Below, one piece after another: positions 10,405-23,639 of a DNA stretch of 64,000 nt. The notes under the pieces are model-generated. The model did no database searches. It worked only from the letters and a program-made list of their open reading frames with translations, and was not told the origin of the DNA. The first letter of the stretch is position 1, and each line of letters starts with the position of its first letter. The translations under genes were made by a program, and so were the position numbers. The stretch spans positions 2,728,001 to 2,792,000 of the forward strand of contig CM035357.1 in assembly GCA_020137815.1 (NCBI GenBank). Direction: 5' to 3'. The stretch comes from Hormiphora californensis. Lineage: Eukaryota; Animalia; Ctenophora.

Positions 10405-13400
10405 AGAGAGAAAAGAGCAGATAGAGATAGCGAAGAGAGAGCAGAGAGCGCGAGAGAGCGAGCTAGAGCTAGAGAGTAGAGAGAAGATGAGTCGAAGAAG
10501 TTAATCTATAGGAGAGAGAGAGAGAGTGAGAGTGAGAGAGAGAGAATAACTGCTTACCGTGGCGTCCACAGCTCTTTTTAAAATCCCTCCCGCACCTTTC
10601 ATTATCGAATTCTTTATCTTACTAACTTTATCTGCCGTTTGCTCAACCAGCGGCTGAAAGAGATACAAAGTTTTACAAATATCAACTCAAACATGTTCTA
10701 TTTTTCATGGCAGAGGAGCCTGAATTAGTCAGTCGGTCGGTCAGTCCTTACGTCGAATCTTGATGTAGAGCTAATGATAGATTCATTACTGTCTTGTCGT
10801 TCTAGTCGTCTCGTGTCTTGTGTAAACATCTAAAACACAATTCACTAAAAATCTAAAGATTCGACGAGTCAACCAATTATGAGTAGATATTAGATAGTCA
10901 ACCAATAATAAGTTAGTAGCCATAATAATAGTAGTCATAGTAATAATAGTAGTCATAATAGTTGACAATATTTGTCAACCAATTTAACGAGTACTAACCT
11001 CGCCCACACAGTCGAACACTTTGCTCTTACAGGTGCTGTGACAATACACTTTACACTTGATACACTGGTAACTTTTGAATAGCATCGTAGCTGAAGAAGA
11101 GTGATGAGTTAAACACCGCAACAAAATCTCGAACACGCTTTATCTGTACAATTTACACAATTGTTATTATCAAGTTTTGTTATTGACTATGTGTAGGATC
11201 ATCAATTAGAGAACATCAAGAGAACATCAATAATAAGTCAAAATGAAACATACGTTTTTGGCAGTGATCACAAGATTTCATTTCTGTCATTCCCAGTTGC
11301 GTCCAATCGTGTTCCCCTGCGTCTACAGTAGCAGTACTACACAAACTCCTCGTGTCCTCCTCTGGGTCCGAGGGAACTGATCCACTACCCTGGATCCCTG
11401 AGTCTTCCAGTAATGTCAACTGAGAACGGGATTAGTGGTGAGAGAAGAGAGAGAAGTGATGGAGAGATCTCTCAGGAGAGAATGATGGAGAGGGATTTAG
11501 TAGAGAGAGGAGTGAGTGAAAATGAAAGGGATTTCAAGTGTTAAACAAGTATCAGTTAGTGGTGGGCTAATTGTGTCCCTAGTGTGAGGATAAGCCGCTA
11601 ACTGTTACCCTAATTCCTTTCGAGCGCTATATTTTCAAATCCTATTGACGGAGAAGTTGCTTGCAGGTTGTTCACGGGGACTTTGCGCGTGTTGCGCGAG
11701 AAATATACCTGATGGAGACTCGCGCGTTACGTCGAGCAAACACCCCGCGAAAAAGTGCGATATGAGTGAGACTCCACGCATCACTTCCATGTTCCTACAA
11801 CTTACTACAATATGACGTAAAGGGAGGACCTACCTGGGAAGTGAGTCCAGCTTTATACATGTCTTGTATTCTCATCTCCTGTCTCAAACCTGACATCTGA
11901 ATCTCAACATCACTAGCACTTCCATAGGATGGATTTGTTTGGTATCTGGGACAGTGAATTAATTTAGTAAGGAATGACACGACATATAGAAAGGGATGGA
12001 GACAGCTTATGTTACTGATATCAGCAGGCCACTCAAATGATTGAGGATCAAGTAATTAAGATATATCTCGGAAATATGTCAGGTGACTTACGATTGAAGA
12101 AGTGTTCGGAGTGACAGAAGGCTTTTATCATTTTTAGTTGTCTCCGCATCGATTTTATTTAAGTCCCTCAATATTCCTTTGTATTTCTTACCTAAGATAA
12201 CAAGTGATTTAAGTTCAAAAGTTAAAAGTTTTTGACGCTTTTGGGTGAGATATTGTAGAACTTTTTATTGGAGTATGTTACAACGATAAAGGTATCATCT
12301 AAGCGACCTGGAGCGTGTATTGGAGCCTGTTACATGTGAGAGTAACATCTCCTATACACGGACAAGGAAGTAAAAGACAATGGGGCTTGTGCTGGTATAT
12401 ATTGTAAATAAATTTCGAATATATGGGCGTCCAATAGAAAAAAGTACCCTAGAAGGAAGGGACAAATAATTAATTTGAGAATTAGGTCTCCCCTCTTTTC
12501 CCCAATTAATGAACTACATAAACTTACTGAGGGTGTGTGTTGTGTACTCTTCTTTAGCAACGTACCCATTCCGAACGTCCTAGAATTATAGAAAACTGAA
12601 TGTTATGTGTTCCAGGAAATGACCATGATTTTCACCGAACTGCCAATAAAAACCCCCGAACCTAGAACCGAACCGAACTTTCGGTAGTTTCCTAGCGTGT
12701 GTTCCAAATTGGCTGTTACTAATGAGAACTACTGCACTTACGTTAGGTATACCACTCTCCTCGGTGTCGGCTGGTATGAATTCTTTCTCGCTGTACAAAG
12801 GGTACACTTCTGGCGGTAATACCAGGCTCTCTCCCATCTTTGTCACGTCACTACAGGGATGAATATAGTCACGTCATTACTTGGGATGATATAGGATGGC
12901 AATGACGTCACAGAGCAAAGATATCAGCTGATGATTAGCTAAACAAGTTTTACTGCAAACTTTCTAAAACACTATTTTGTGATGATTTGAACCAAACATG
13001 GCAGGTGATTGTACATAGAAAGTTACATCACTACTTAAATTTGAGACGGTCTCCTCCACTTACTACTTACACACGAGTGTAGTACTTACACAGTGGGTTG
13101 AATTGATTTGACGACCTCTGCTGACTCTGATATTATATCACCACAGGACTTGTAATGGTGATCCTGTCTATCAAAGGTGTAAGTGAGAATGTTCGAGATA
13201 AGGAAGGTGAGGTTATTCTGTACCACTTCCAGTTCCTGAAAACAAAATGAAAATTTGTCAATTAGCTTTTCTCTCGTCTTCTCAAGAATAGAAGGATTTA
13301 TTTGAACAAGAGCAGCTATTCGGTACCCTCTCTTACCCTCATTCCTTGTTTTGTTCAAAACAGGGAAATAGGGTCGAGAAATTCGTTGTGCAAGGACAAG

Positions 13401-15045
13401 TGTCTACGTGGCACTCTCACCCCTACTGCTCACGTACAGTACGTGATGTGTGAAGGGTGGATAGCACGTGACACGTACCTCCATAAGGTTGGGTAACTGA
13501 TACTCCACAGCACGTTGTGAGACGCCATTACAATTGCTTAGTTGTAGCAGGTAGGTGTTATAGGCGGTATAGGTAGGCATAATGGCACCCTTTCGCGTTG
13601 TGCCAGCCGTACTTTGGGTCTTGTACCTGCAGGACACGTGGGTAACATTCCCAACATTAAAATAAGGAAGTAATTTGGGTCTTGTACCTGTAGTAAATTA
13701 AGGCCGAGTGGTTAAATGGTCAGGCAATAAGAAAGAGGCAATTAGGAAACACGCTGTTACTGGGTAACTAGGTAACTTTGCTACTAGGTAACTAGTTAGA
13801 CTTGGTAACTAGGTTGTCAGGTTGACTTGGTGACTTGGTAAGTACCTTGCCCACTGGGTGTTGTACTCCTTCTGATTTCGTTCCCTCACCTCATTTTCCC
13901 TTGCTACTGAACTGGCTATTGAATCTCTAAATCCGTATAACTGGGGGGGGGGGGGGTTAGTACAGCCACATCTAGATTTAGCAGATCCTCGATTTAACGT
14001 ACATTATCCTTAGTAAATTGAGGTTCGACTGGATAATAGTGAGAATGGACTGATGACAAAAAGGTAGGGCTGGTAAAATATTTATTTTGTCGAAGTGCTT
14101 ATTATAAGTGCACTTGTTAGGGCGTAGACAGTGTCCATGAAAGTAAAACAGTACTGCAGAAATCAGGTAAATAGCTACTCAGTGAGTAGTACTCAGTGAA
14201 GAACTTTAACATACAACACGCTTTGTGTAGTAGCTCACACTCTGTCAGAGTTCGGCAGAGCAAAACACAGGTCCTGCACCTGTTTTCTTTCATCAATGAC
14301 AGCTCTCAAACAAGAGCCAATACCGACCAAAACCTACCAAAAAGCAAAACTAACCCGTTTAATAGAATCTTTAAAATGCCCTCTCTGCTCCTGTAACGCA
14401 ACAGCCCCCTCCGCCTTGATATCCGCCGCGTAGACACAGTGAGATTTGCCCTCCTCCTTCCAGTTGTCCAGAAGAGAGTTCCAAGCCGTGAGTGTTGTAC
14501 AGTCAAACTGTAAACTGGGGAGGGAGATCTGTGTACGTCATACGTAATTGTGTGTTAACAGATGTATACGAAATACATGTGCACATTTTTAAACTACTCA
14601 TGATCCAAAACATAAAACATAATCATTATGACGTCATGAATATATAACGTCATAGGGTGTGACATCATCACTTACTTTTCCTTTGTCAGTTCACCCATTT
14701 TCTTTTTATTTTCCTCGACCAACTTTTGCATACTGTTCCCCAGTCCATCGTAGAGAGAACTTATGCCAAGGAGAAACTCTGTAACTGCAATCAGAGAGGT
14801 TACCGATAAGTGATGTTACTAATTAAATGGGTTACTGAACACAGAATAACAGGATGAATTATTACAAGTATCAGAACAATTAAAATGACCAATCACCATC
14901 CTTTGGCTTACTTGTACTTCCACCATAATAACTTACTTATTTTAGTGGCATCTGCTAGTTTTGAGCACTCTGTCCTCAGGGCGCTCTGAGCTGAGGGGTG
15001 AATGATATACCGATACACACTACCCTCTCCATCCTCATCACCCAT
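9945..15045 (-). CDS. F-BAR + HR1-like coiled coil + C1 domain protein (Bzz1/FCHSD/CIP4-like), ~15 exons, 3' end unresolved
   Basis: Exons with GT-AG ends: MGDEDGEGSVYRY...; TAWNSLLDNWKEEGKSH; AYNTYLLQLSNCNGVSQRAVEYQLPNLME|ELEVVQ (F-BAR); LRTLLQS|YQTNPSYGSASDVEIQM (HR1-like); HDWTQLGMTEMKSCDHCQK|..YQCIKCKVYCHSTCKSKVFDC (C1 zinc finger). Confidence 0.8.
10140..10201. mobile_element. Tc1/mariner-type mini-MITE
   Basis: TA|CAGTCGG...CCGACTG|TA; relatives at 26741-26830, ~27415-27477 and, degenerate, ~13960-14030. Confidence 0.8.
10328..10546. repeat. (GA)n microsatellite, degenerate distally
   Basis: Direct reading. Similar tracts at ~18230-18310, 20447-20510, 38011-38118, 39636-39735, 48670-48747, 51465-51550, 62765-62837, 63941-64000. 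Confidence 0.97.
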
Positions 15046-15902
15046 GCTAAACAGTATGGCGGTTATTTGATGGGTTATGGGCAGGGAAATTTTGAATGTG
15101 GGGGCCAGTTTCAAATAACCAGGCTGTATAATCCAAGTGATGGAAAAAAGCATGTGGTAATAAAATTTGAATGTGGGGGCCAGTTTTGAAGTGGTGGAAA
15201 AATGCAGATTGCAGGTGGTATTAAAACTCCGATTTACAACCGGATTTTATAGGTCAATTTTGTTCCAACTTTCATATTTCACCGCAATTTATTTTCAGAT
15301 CTGATCTGATCATAAGATGTTTAGTCTCACGTGCATAATAATTGATTACAGATGTAGACTCTCAATATATAATTCCATTCTCTCTCTCTCTCTGAACGCG
15401 TGCACGAGAAGTGACAACAACAGTAGTAGCTTGTGGTTGAGGGGGGGGGGGACGGGGGAGGAGACCGGCTTCAATAGTAAATACTGTGTCTCTGTTGTGT
15501 AGCATGTGCGTTCCTCTCTCTATTACTGTTTTTTCCTTTCTCGGTCTTCCTTTTACTCGTTTACTGACTATTTGACACATTTGTTGCTTGTTTGAAACTG
15601 TCTAGATGTGATAATGCACTATCAAATCGACAGTTTCTAGTTTACACTCAATGAAGTAACTTTAGGGAACCGAAACCTTGATTCTGGCCGGGGAATTATG
15701 AGTTATGAACACACGCTCACACTTTGTTAAGTAAACATACAGCCTACACACTTCTTATACCTGGCTCTCTGTCTGTTTGTCAGTCTGTCTGTTTGTTTGT
15801 CCTACTTTAATAGTAAATGTGACATGTGTTTGTTCGTCTGTTGATGTTATATTGACACGCTCTTACACTTACAATTCGATCAGTAACTCAACCCTTCACA
15901 TT

Positions 15903-16120
15903 CACTTCCAGCCCAATTCTTCCTCCATATCTCTCACTTCCAGCCCAATTCTTCGTCTATATCTCTCACTCCCTCACTTCCAGCCCAATTCTTCCTCCAT
16001 ATCTCTCACTTCCAGCCCAATTCTTCGTCTATATCTCTCACTCCCTCACTTCCAGCCCAATTCTTCGTCCATATCTCTCACTCCCTCACTTCCAGCCCAA
16101 TTCTTCGTCCATATCTCTCT
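15903..16120. repeat. Pyrimidine-rich minisatellite, 32/40-bp units x6
   Basis: CACTTCCAGCCCAATTCTTC starts at 15903, 15935, 15975, 16007, 16047, 16087. Confidence 0.93.
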
Positions 16121-16973
16121 TATATCCTTCTAGAAGTATATCTTCATCAACTTCCCTATCATATCCCTCATCTACTTATCAAGATCACACTAATTATTGA
16201 TGACCTCTTGATACAGAGGAGGTAGATATTGATGATCAACGACATCTACCCTCATCTCTTACAACAATCACTGTTCAATCACAAAATGACAGTCAATACC
16301 ACCCATATCAACAGACAGCGAGGTACACTCAAGAGTCGAATAACAAATGAGGCCGCGGCCGGGGCAAGCCGAAAACGTGGAAATAGAAGCAATACCCCAT
16401 ACAAAATATACTTCTCCACACACCTTGAAAACCTTGAAGGAATCCGGGGTCTACGAATCAATGACATGTGATCCTCAAAATCTTAAAAAGTTTCAAAATA
16501 TAAATCTTCAGTTGGACAGCTATGAACTGCAATACATCCCACTTTCAAAACATCTTCAATTGGATTTTCACTTGGACAGTTGTGAATACATCCCACGATT
16601 TGTCATGCTGCTCATTGTTCATTTACATTTCCGAGTAGAAACTAGCCTCCTCTCTTTATCCCAATATCTCTCTTTCTCTATCTCTATCCTCTCTCCCTCT
16701 TTTCTTTATCCCTCTATCTCTCTCACTATCGTTTCTTCATCTCACTCTCTTTTCTCCTTTCTTCATTCCTCTGTATATATGGATTGATCATATAATATGA
16801 CCTTCCCACGACCCACGAAAGCTGTGAAGCCTGTCCAAGGTTTTGTCTCATTTTCTTTGACAACGACCACCTCTCTCTTTCTCTTCCTCTCTTTTCTCTC
16901 TCTCCCCCTCCCCTCCTCTCTTTTCTGTCGTTAATCATGTGATAGCCACCTTAGGTCTTTCTCCAAATACTAG

Positions 16974-18254
16974 ACAATGATTGGATTGCCTTTAAAAACA
17001 ACAGGAGAGAAGAGGAACAACGAGGATCCACTCGCTGCTTTTTTCAGTAAGTGATAGCTTTTTCCATTATCATTGTGTCTTATCTTTCATAGTGAGTCAT
17101 CATTTTTATTCAATTTTATTCATTTTTCTCGAGCAATTGTTTCAGAGTGCAAGTAGTTCTTCAGCGAATATATTATCTTCTTATTGCATGCACACGACTA
17201 AGTTGTCTAGAATTTTATAAATAGGATATTACTCAGCCGATATGATTGTACTTCGAAGTTCGCGAAGTTAACAAGCGTCCCCCTCTCATTTTCACTTTTT
17301 TTTCCTTACCTGGTTCATCAGGTCCTTCATCAGGGTATACTTGTCCCAATTAATCACTGATCGTTCTCCCAACTAAATCCCAACTACAGGTGCCGCCCTG
17401 GAACCTACTGACCCAACAACAACAGGAGCATCATCCTGTCTCCAGGACAACAACAACCACCAACACCAGCACCTCTTCTCAATCCCAGAAAACTCTGAAC
17501 CCTTCTTCCTTACTGGTCTCAGGTCCCACAGGGATCTCTCCCAAATCACTGACTCTCCCCTACATCCCACTGGACGGTGCCGCCTGAAGTATGCAGCAAC
17601 ACAACAGAGCATATCCACGTCAGACAACAAACCAAGCAAGGTTCAAGTCCTACTCAGCCAGAGAAAACGGATCCTGGGCAAAAATTCACCCCAAGAGCAT
17701 CTGACTCCCCTCCTATGTGCCGGGGGTGCTAAGTGCACATGGCCAGGATATAATTCCACGTCAACAAAACCAAGCAGGTTCAAGTCCTAACAGAGGATCA
17801 AGGATCCTGGGCAAAAGAGGTTTATCTCAGGAGGGTTTTTTCGGATTCAGCTGTATGTGCCGTGCTATATGTACAGTGGCAGGTTTTACTATGATGAGGA
17901 GTCTTTGGAACTGTCCCAAACCAGGTCGATTCACTATTTCTTTTGGTATCTGTCTGTGTGTCTCTCTGATTGTCTGTGTTTGGTGTTCTTGCTGGTCCTC
18001 CCATCGCTACTAATCCCCTCTTTGCATCCCTCTACTCCCGATCGCTCGCTGAGTTTTCGTCGTTCTGTCCCTCATCTACCTGTAACCTCTGTACACCTCT
18101 ATCCTCTACCTCATTATATCCTCTCTCTCTCGCAGCCTACTGCCTCGACTCTCAGCAATCTCTGCGTCCTACTCCTATCTTCACTCCTAGCTCTCTCATC
18201 TCTACTTCTAGATCGTCTCTCATCTCGTCTCTCTCTCTCTCTCTCTCTCTCTCA

Positions 18255-18312
<58 letters not shown>

Positions 18313-20440
18313 GGTCCACTACACGCACCACTCCCACACGGGACCGTAAGGTCCCATGTGGGAACAGGGTTAAATCCCCCGAGCCCGGATCCTGTTGGAT
18401 CTGAGGGCCCGGAGGGCCTGCGGAGTAAAGGTAGGTAGAACAATGTACAAAGGGGTAGGTTGAACAATGTACATATTGGTTAAGGTAAGGAAAAATAAAA
18501 TAGGGGAAGTAAAGCTCATGGTGGCGGAGCAAAGGACCTCCTAAACTATCTGGAAAGAAGCTCAGCCTGCTGGAACGGAATCTAAGAAGAGTCAACCTAT
18601 CGGGAACAAAACGTCTGGAACAAAACGACTGGAACGGGATCTAAGGCAGTCTAAGAGCAAGCAGGAACGGGTGAAACGGTAAAAAACTAATACAAAAATA
18701 CATCTAGTGGGGATACAGGAGGCTGATTACATATCGAGGAACTTCCGGAGCGTGTTCATCGAGTTGAAGAGGGCTGACTTTTGGAGCTGTGAGGGGTATA
18801 ATTGGCGGGTTATAGCCATCAAGTACTTCTCCAGTCGGGGGCTAACTCCGCCAAGGGCTCCAATCACGATGGGAATGACCGTGGCCTTTTTAAGTTCCCA
18901 GATTCGTGTGACCTCTCTCCTCAGTTCTTGGTACTTCTCGATCTTTTCCAGCTCTCTGTCAGAGACTAATCGGTCCTTTGGAACGGCGACATCGATGAGT
19001 AGTGCCTCCCTCTTTTGCTTGTCTAGGAGGACCAGGTCGGGTTTGCACGCCTCAATGGGGTTGTCCGTCTGGATGTGGAAATCCCAGAGGATCTTGTAAT
19101 TCTCATTCTCGAGAACTTTCTCTGCATAGTGGCTCCACCACTTTGATTCAGCAGGAAATCCATAGTCCTTGCACATTCCCCAGTGTAGGGCAGCAGCTAC
19201 TCGGTCGTGTCTGTGCTTATAGTCACCGTTGGCCAGCTTCTGACATCCGTTTAGGATGTGTTCGACTGACTCGTTATGCTGGTTGCATATGCGACACTTC
19301 TCGGACTCTCCAGGTTGTTTCTCGATAGCAGCTGTCAGCCAGTTTGTGCGAGTGGCTTGCTCCTGGGCAGCAAATACATCAGCTTCGGTGTATCTGCTGA
19401 GGCTCTCTTTGTTGAGCCAGGCCCAGGTCGCATCAGGGTCGCATCCCCCTTCTTCAAGTTGCTTCAGGAAACGTCCATGCAGTGATTTACTCTTCCAGTT
19501 CTCTATCAGCTGCGCCTCCAGTCTTTCTGTCAGGGTTTCGGCCTCCTCTGGGAGTTCCGTCAGCATTCCTTCTCTTCCCATTGCTGTTTTGAGTGCAATT
19601 ATCTTGGGATCAGTTGAGTTGCTGAAGAACGTCGCTAGTCCTGTTCCTTCCCTTACTATAACGTCTTCAATCCTCTGGAGGCCTCTTCCTCCCTTCTTTC
19701 TGCTCACATATAGACGATCAACGTCGCTGTTGTATTTCAAGAACCCTCTTCTTAGGATTTTCCGAGTAATTAGGTCCAGTCCCTTGGCCTCTGTGGTGGT
19801 CCAATCCAGTATTCCGGCACCGTATCGAATCACCGGTATTGCCCACGTGTTGATTGCAACGACGAGGTTTTTACCAGACAGGTTGGAAGACAGTAGTTTC
19901 TTAAGTCTTCTGGTGTATTCGGTCTTAACCTTGGCTTTCATTTCTTGATGTAGAATCGAGTCAGCCTCCAGGATACCAAGGTATTTATATCCACCATCTT
20001 CCACTTCCGGGATTGTCTTTCCACTCGGTAGATTTATTCCCTGCATTCGACTTCTGACTCCGTCCACGATGTCTAGTGCTCCACATTTGGATATACCAAA
20101 GGACATGTTAATGTCTGTGCTAAACTTCTCGGTGACTGCCAACAGCTGCTGTAGGCCCTCTTTCGAGCTAGCGTATAGTTTATCTCTCTCTCTCTCTGCC
20201 TCTCTCTCTTTTTCTCTATCCGTGATGTGGCATGATCTCTGTGGGGGGTTGGAATAAATGGTAGGTTTTTGCACATCTTCTTCTCCACGGAACTTACTAG
20301 TTGTGCCAGTGAATAGATCTTTTTGTCAGCTCTGTGTTTCTACTTGAACCTAGAGAGGCTAGAGGCTGTGTATTAGTTACTACTTGAACCTAGAGGCCTG
20401 TTCTTTTCCCGTTCATGTATTTTCAAATGTTGCTTTTTAG

Positions 20441-20512
<72 letters not shown>

Positions 20513-21799
20513 ACTGTCTGTAATTGCGAGCAGAGCACACAAATCACAGTGGAGACTAGCGAGAAGGGGACAGACAACAGAGTACACACAAACCAGTAGA
20601 TAAACATACACAACATACACAAACACGAACACGACATACAAAACTGTGTAAAATCTATATAATGCTACAGTATTTGGCCTTAAGTAAACACACAAATACT
20701 ACTAGGTAGTACTATGAAGGTCAGAACAAGTCAAATAATAGTTGCATACCAGCTCTGCAACATTCATATAGGTAGCATACACTTCCTTAGCTCAACCCCT
20801 TTTTCGCGAGTTAATGAAGGGTTAGAACATAACAAGCATACACCTGCGATGAGACAATCACAAATATTTCTCGGTTGTTAGATAAGACACTAACAGACAG
20901 CCACGGTTATCATTATAGGAGCCCGGAATTTCTCAACTGACCCGCTAGCGAACCCTTTTGGGATTGACCAGTTATCAGTATACCTACGCCGAGAGAGTGC
21001 AATGTCCACCAACTCAACTAAGAAATCTTGGTAAGATTATACCTACTTAAAACAACTCTGTTAGTTAATTAGATTTAATTTATTATCAAATCTGAACTCA
21101 AACAATGATAATATCAAAAAACAGTTTACACCGAGGCGTAGTTTATGAACCGTGAAATGTTACCTAACTCTTTTTCACAGGTCCCTGTTAGAACAGGTAG
21201 AGAAGTTAAAAGCTCGCCAAGAGGGCGGTATACCTGCTCGGGTTAGTAACATTAAAATCATATACATATTTCACATTGCTGATAATTTCTGTCCCAAATG
21301 ATGCAGTAACATTCTAATTATAACTAAATTCAACTAAAGTGGAGATCACTAACACGTGAAAATTGCCCCAACAGATGCAGCAACAACAGCAAGGGAGTGA
21401 GAACTCGGGCCTAAACTCAGTTGATTCCATACTGTCAATGGTTCGGGAGGAACACGCAATCAAGAAAAGGAGAAGCTACAGAAACCCAAAAAAGTATGTA
21501 ATTAAAACTTATTGGATATCAATTTACCAGACAGATAATTTACCCCAAAACTAAGACATTTGTTATATTTCACCTCAATTCACCATCCTGGTAAATCGAG
21601 GTTTGACTGCAGCTTGATTTACTTTACGATCAGTCCCTACAGTCCAATGAAATGTTGTTTCAGATTCCAGTTACCACAAGGAAAAACAGTGCAGACATTT
21701 GAAAGAAGGAGGACGAGGCCTGGAGACAGCATGTACGATAGCCTCGATCCGGTTGTGTTAAACAAATCAAAACTTTCCAAGGCATTTTGCGATGACTGA
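16974..21799 (+). CDS. Small unknown spliced protein (5' end not located)
   Basis: Exons ~20920-21029, 21181-21241, 21375-21493 and 21664-21799 splice in frame with GT-AG ends (ARNFSTDPLANPFG...KSW|SLLEQVEK...AR|MQQQQQG...NPKK|FQLPQG...AFCDD*); probable upstream exon ~16974-17046. Confidence 0.55.
18311..20182 (-). mobile_element. R4/Dong-clade non-LTR retrotransposon (RT C-terminus + CCHC + restriction-like endonuclease), 5'-truncated
   Basis: ORF 18727-20274: YKYLGILE, AINTWAIPVIRY, RKKGGRGL, CRIC..ESVEHILNGC, RHDRVA, KILWDF, KPDLVLLDK, IDVAVP, EKIEKYQEL; begins just after where the catalytic DD should be; (TC)n on both flanks. Confidence 0.9.
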
Positions 21800-22619
21800 A
21801 GCTGTTATAGTGTGTAATAAGCACACAGTTGTTTGTGTTCAATTATTCATCCAAAGTTTATTATAACAAGTTATAAACTACGAATCTTAAAAAAACTTTT
21901 TCACCTGCGTGTTTGAAATTTTAGGCCCCAGTTAGAGATTTGACTACTGGAGCCAGTTTCTTGATGCCAGAGAATCACACTGCTGCTGACACTGCGTGTT
22001 CGCCTACTTTCAATGCAATTCACATCGAAATCCCTGCTAGTCATCGAAGATGTCGCGTGCAGCATGGTTTAACAGGGGTCTCCCAGCTAACTACTGGTGT
22101 CAGTTTCCTGCAGCCTGGTGTCAGTTTCCAATCTGCAACTGGAGCGTAACTTCACGCAGGAAATAGCCTGTAAACATGGTTTTAAAACCGAATTTTTCTT
22201 GACAGTTGACTCACATCAAAGAAATATGAAGAACCTCAGAAATATTATGGTCGAGTACCGCGTCACCGATCACCGCTCAGAAAATCTCTTGTGACCAGTG
22301 ACGTGCGGACTTCGGTTCACGAGTGCGTGGTGGAACTGCTTTGTTCTGTGATTGTTCAAAACTGGTCACACTGCTTGATCTGAAGTCGAAACATTTTCGA
22401 GGTTGCTCCTACCGGGACTGTTGTCTGACCCGGCCCTATTATTGCAGCAGTGCGGAATGAGGCAGAGCTCTTCAATCTGACACAGTTCAAAAATGAAAAA
22501 AGAGAAATTTATTGGCAAACGTTGCTGGCCCCCGCGCAGCGCGGGATAAGGCAGCGCTTTTCAAAGAAATTTAAAACTTTCGAAAATTCTCCCGGCCGCA
22601 TTTTTATTTATTTTATTTA

Positions 22620-23636
22620 TAGCGAGTACTATTTCTCCAAACTCATGACTGAAAATCTGTCTGCAGCTGTGCTGAACCAGGAAGATACGTTTACTGCAGA
22701 TGATGTCAAAAACTCAGAGAACAAACTCATTGTGCGTCGAACGAAAAACGATCAACATCAGACGGCAATCGATCAAATAAAATCAAAATCGACACCAGAA
22801 GAGAAGAGGACCCTCGATCTCCTGGCCGAAAAGGGTGCATCCTCCTGGCTAACTTGTCTCCCACTAGAATCTCTTAATTTCACTCTAAACCGACAGGAAT
22901 GGTTCGACGCTATCTCGGCTAGGTACAATCTCCCCCTTGTTGGCGAACCTCTACCAGATCAGTGTACATGCGGAGAAGCTAACAGTATCGATCATGCTAT
23001 CTCCTGCAAGCTTGGAGGATTTGTTAACTACAGGCACGACAACGTGAGAGACTTTATTGCGAAAGAGCTTAGCACTGTCGGCCTCGATACCAAGGTCGAA
23101 CCTCACCTTCTCAACGTTCGGGGGACGTCCCTTCCAGCTGGGACCATCACAGCAGACGGGGCTCGCCTTGACATCAGAACCCGTGGACTCTGGTCAAGCT
23201 TAGACTGTACCTATTTTGACGTAAGGATTTTTAATCCAAGGGTAAAGTCTAATGCCAACCAGAGTATACAGAAGATCTATGAGAAGCATGAAACTGAGAA
23301 GAAGAAGGCTTATCTGCAACGAGTTCTCCAGGTTGAGAAGGCGGTGTTCACTCCGCTTGTCATGTCAACATCAGGCGGACTTGGTAGAGAATTTCAGAAC
23401 ACACTGAAACAGTTGGCACACCGAAAATCTTCCAAAACTGGATATGAGCGCCAGGACTGTATTCGGTATCTTAGACTGCGCTTATCATTTGCGATGGTTC
23501 GCTCAATAACTGTATCGATTAGGGGATATCGGGGCAGGGGCAAGGCGGCTGCAAGTGACGCTGATGAATATTTATATCGTATGGACTAATTCCACAATAA
23601 TTTATTGATTCCATTGATTTCTACTGTATAATTTAT
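22620..23636 (+). mobile_element. CRE-clade non-LTR retrotransposon 3' portion (Zn knuckle + RLE)
   Basis: EKGASSWLTCLP, CTCGEANSIDHAISCKLGG, RHDNVRD, VEPHL, ARLDIRTRGLW, FDVRIFNP, HETEKKKAY, FTPLVMSTSGG. Confidence 0.88.
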
Positions 23637-23639
23637 TAT

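Noticed and set aside
10247-10504. ORFs with (ER)n or (SL)n runs here and at ~18150, 20420, 37900, 39600, 48650, 62700
   Set aside because: Translations of (GA)n microsatellites; only short embedded parts are real exons.
18311-18430. Hammerhead or HDV-like ribozyme
   Set aside because: No CUGANGA/GAAA core and I could not build the HDV nested pseudoknot; located at the element's 3' end.
20183-20274. N-terminus of the 515-aa ORF as a real start
   Set aside because: Flanking DNA and GA repeat read in frame; the element is truncated at the RT active site.
22450-22620. N-terminus of the 379-aa ORF
   Set aside because: AT-rich flanking/repeat sequence fortuitously in frame with the truncated CRE ORF.
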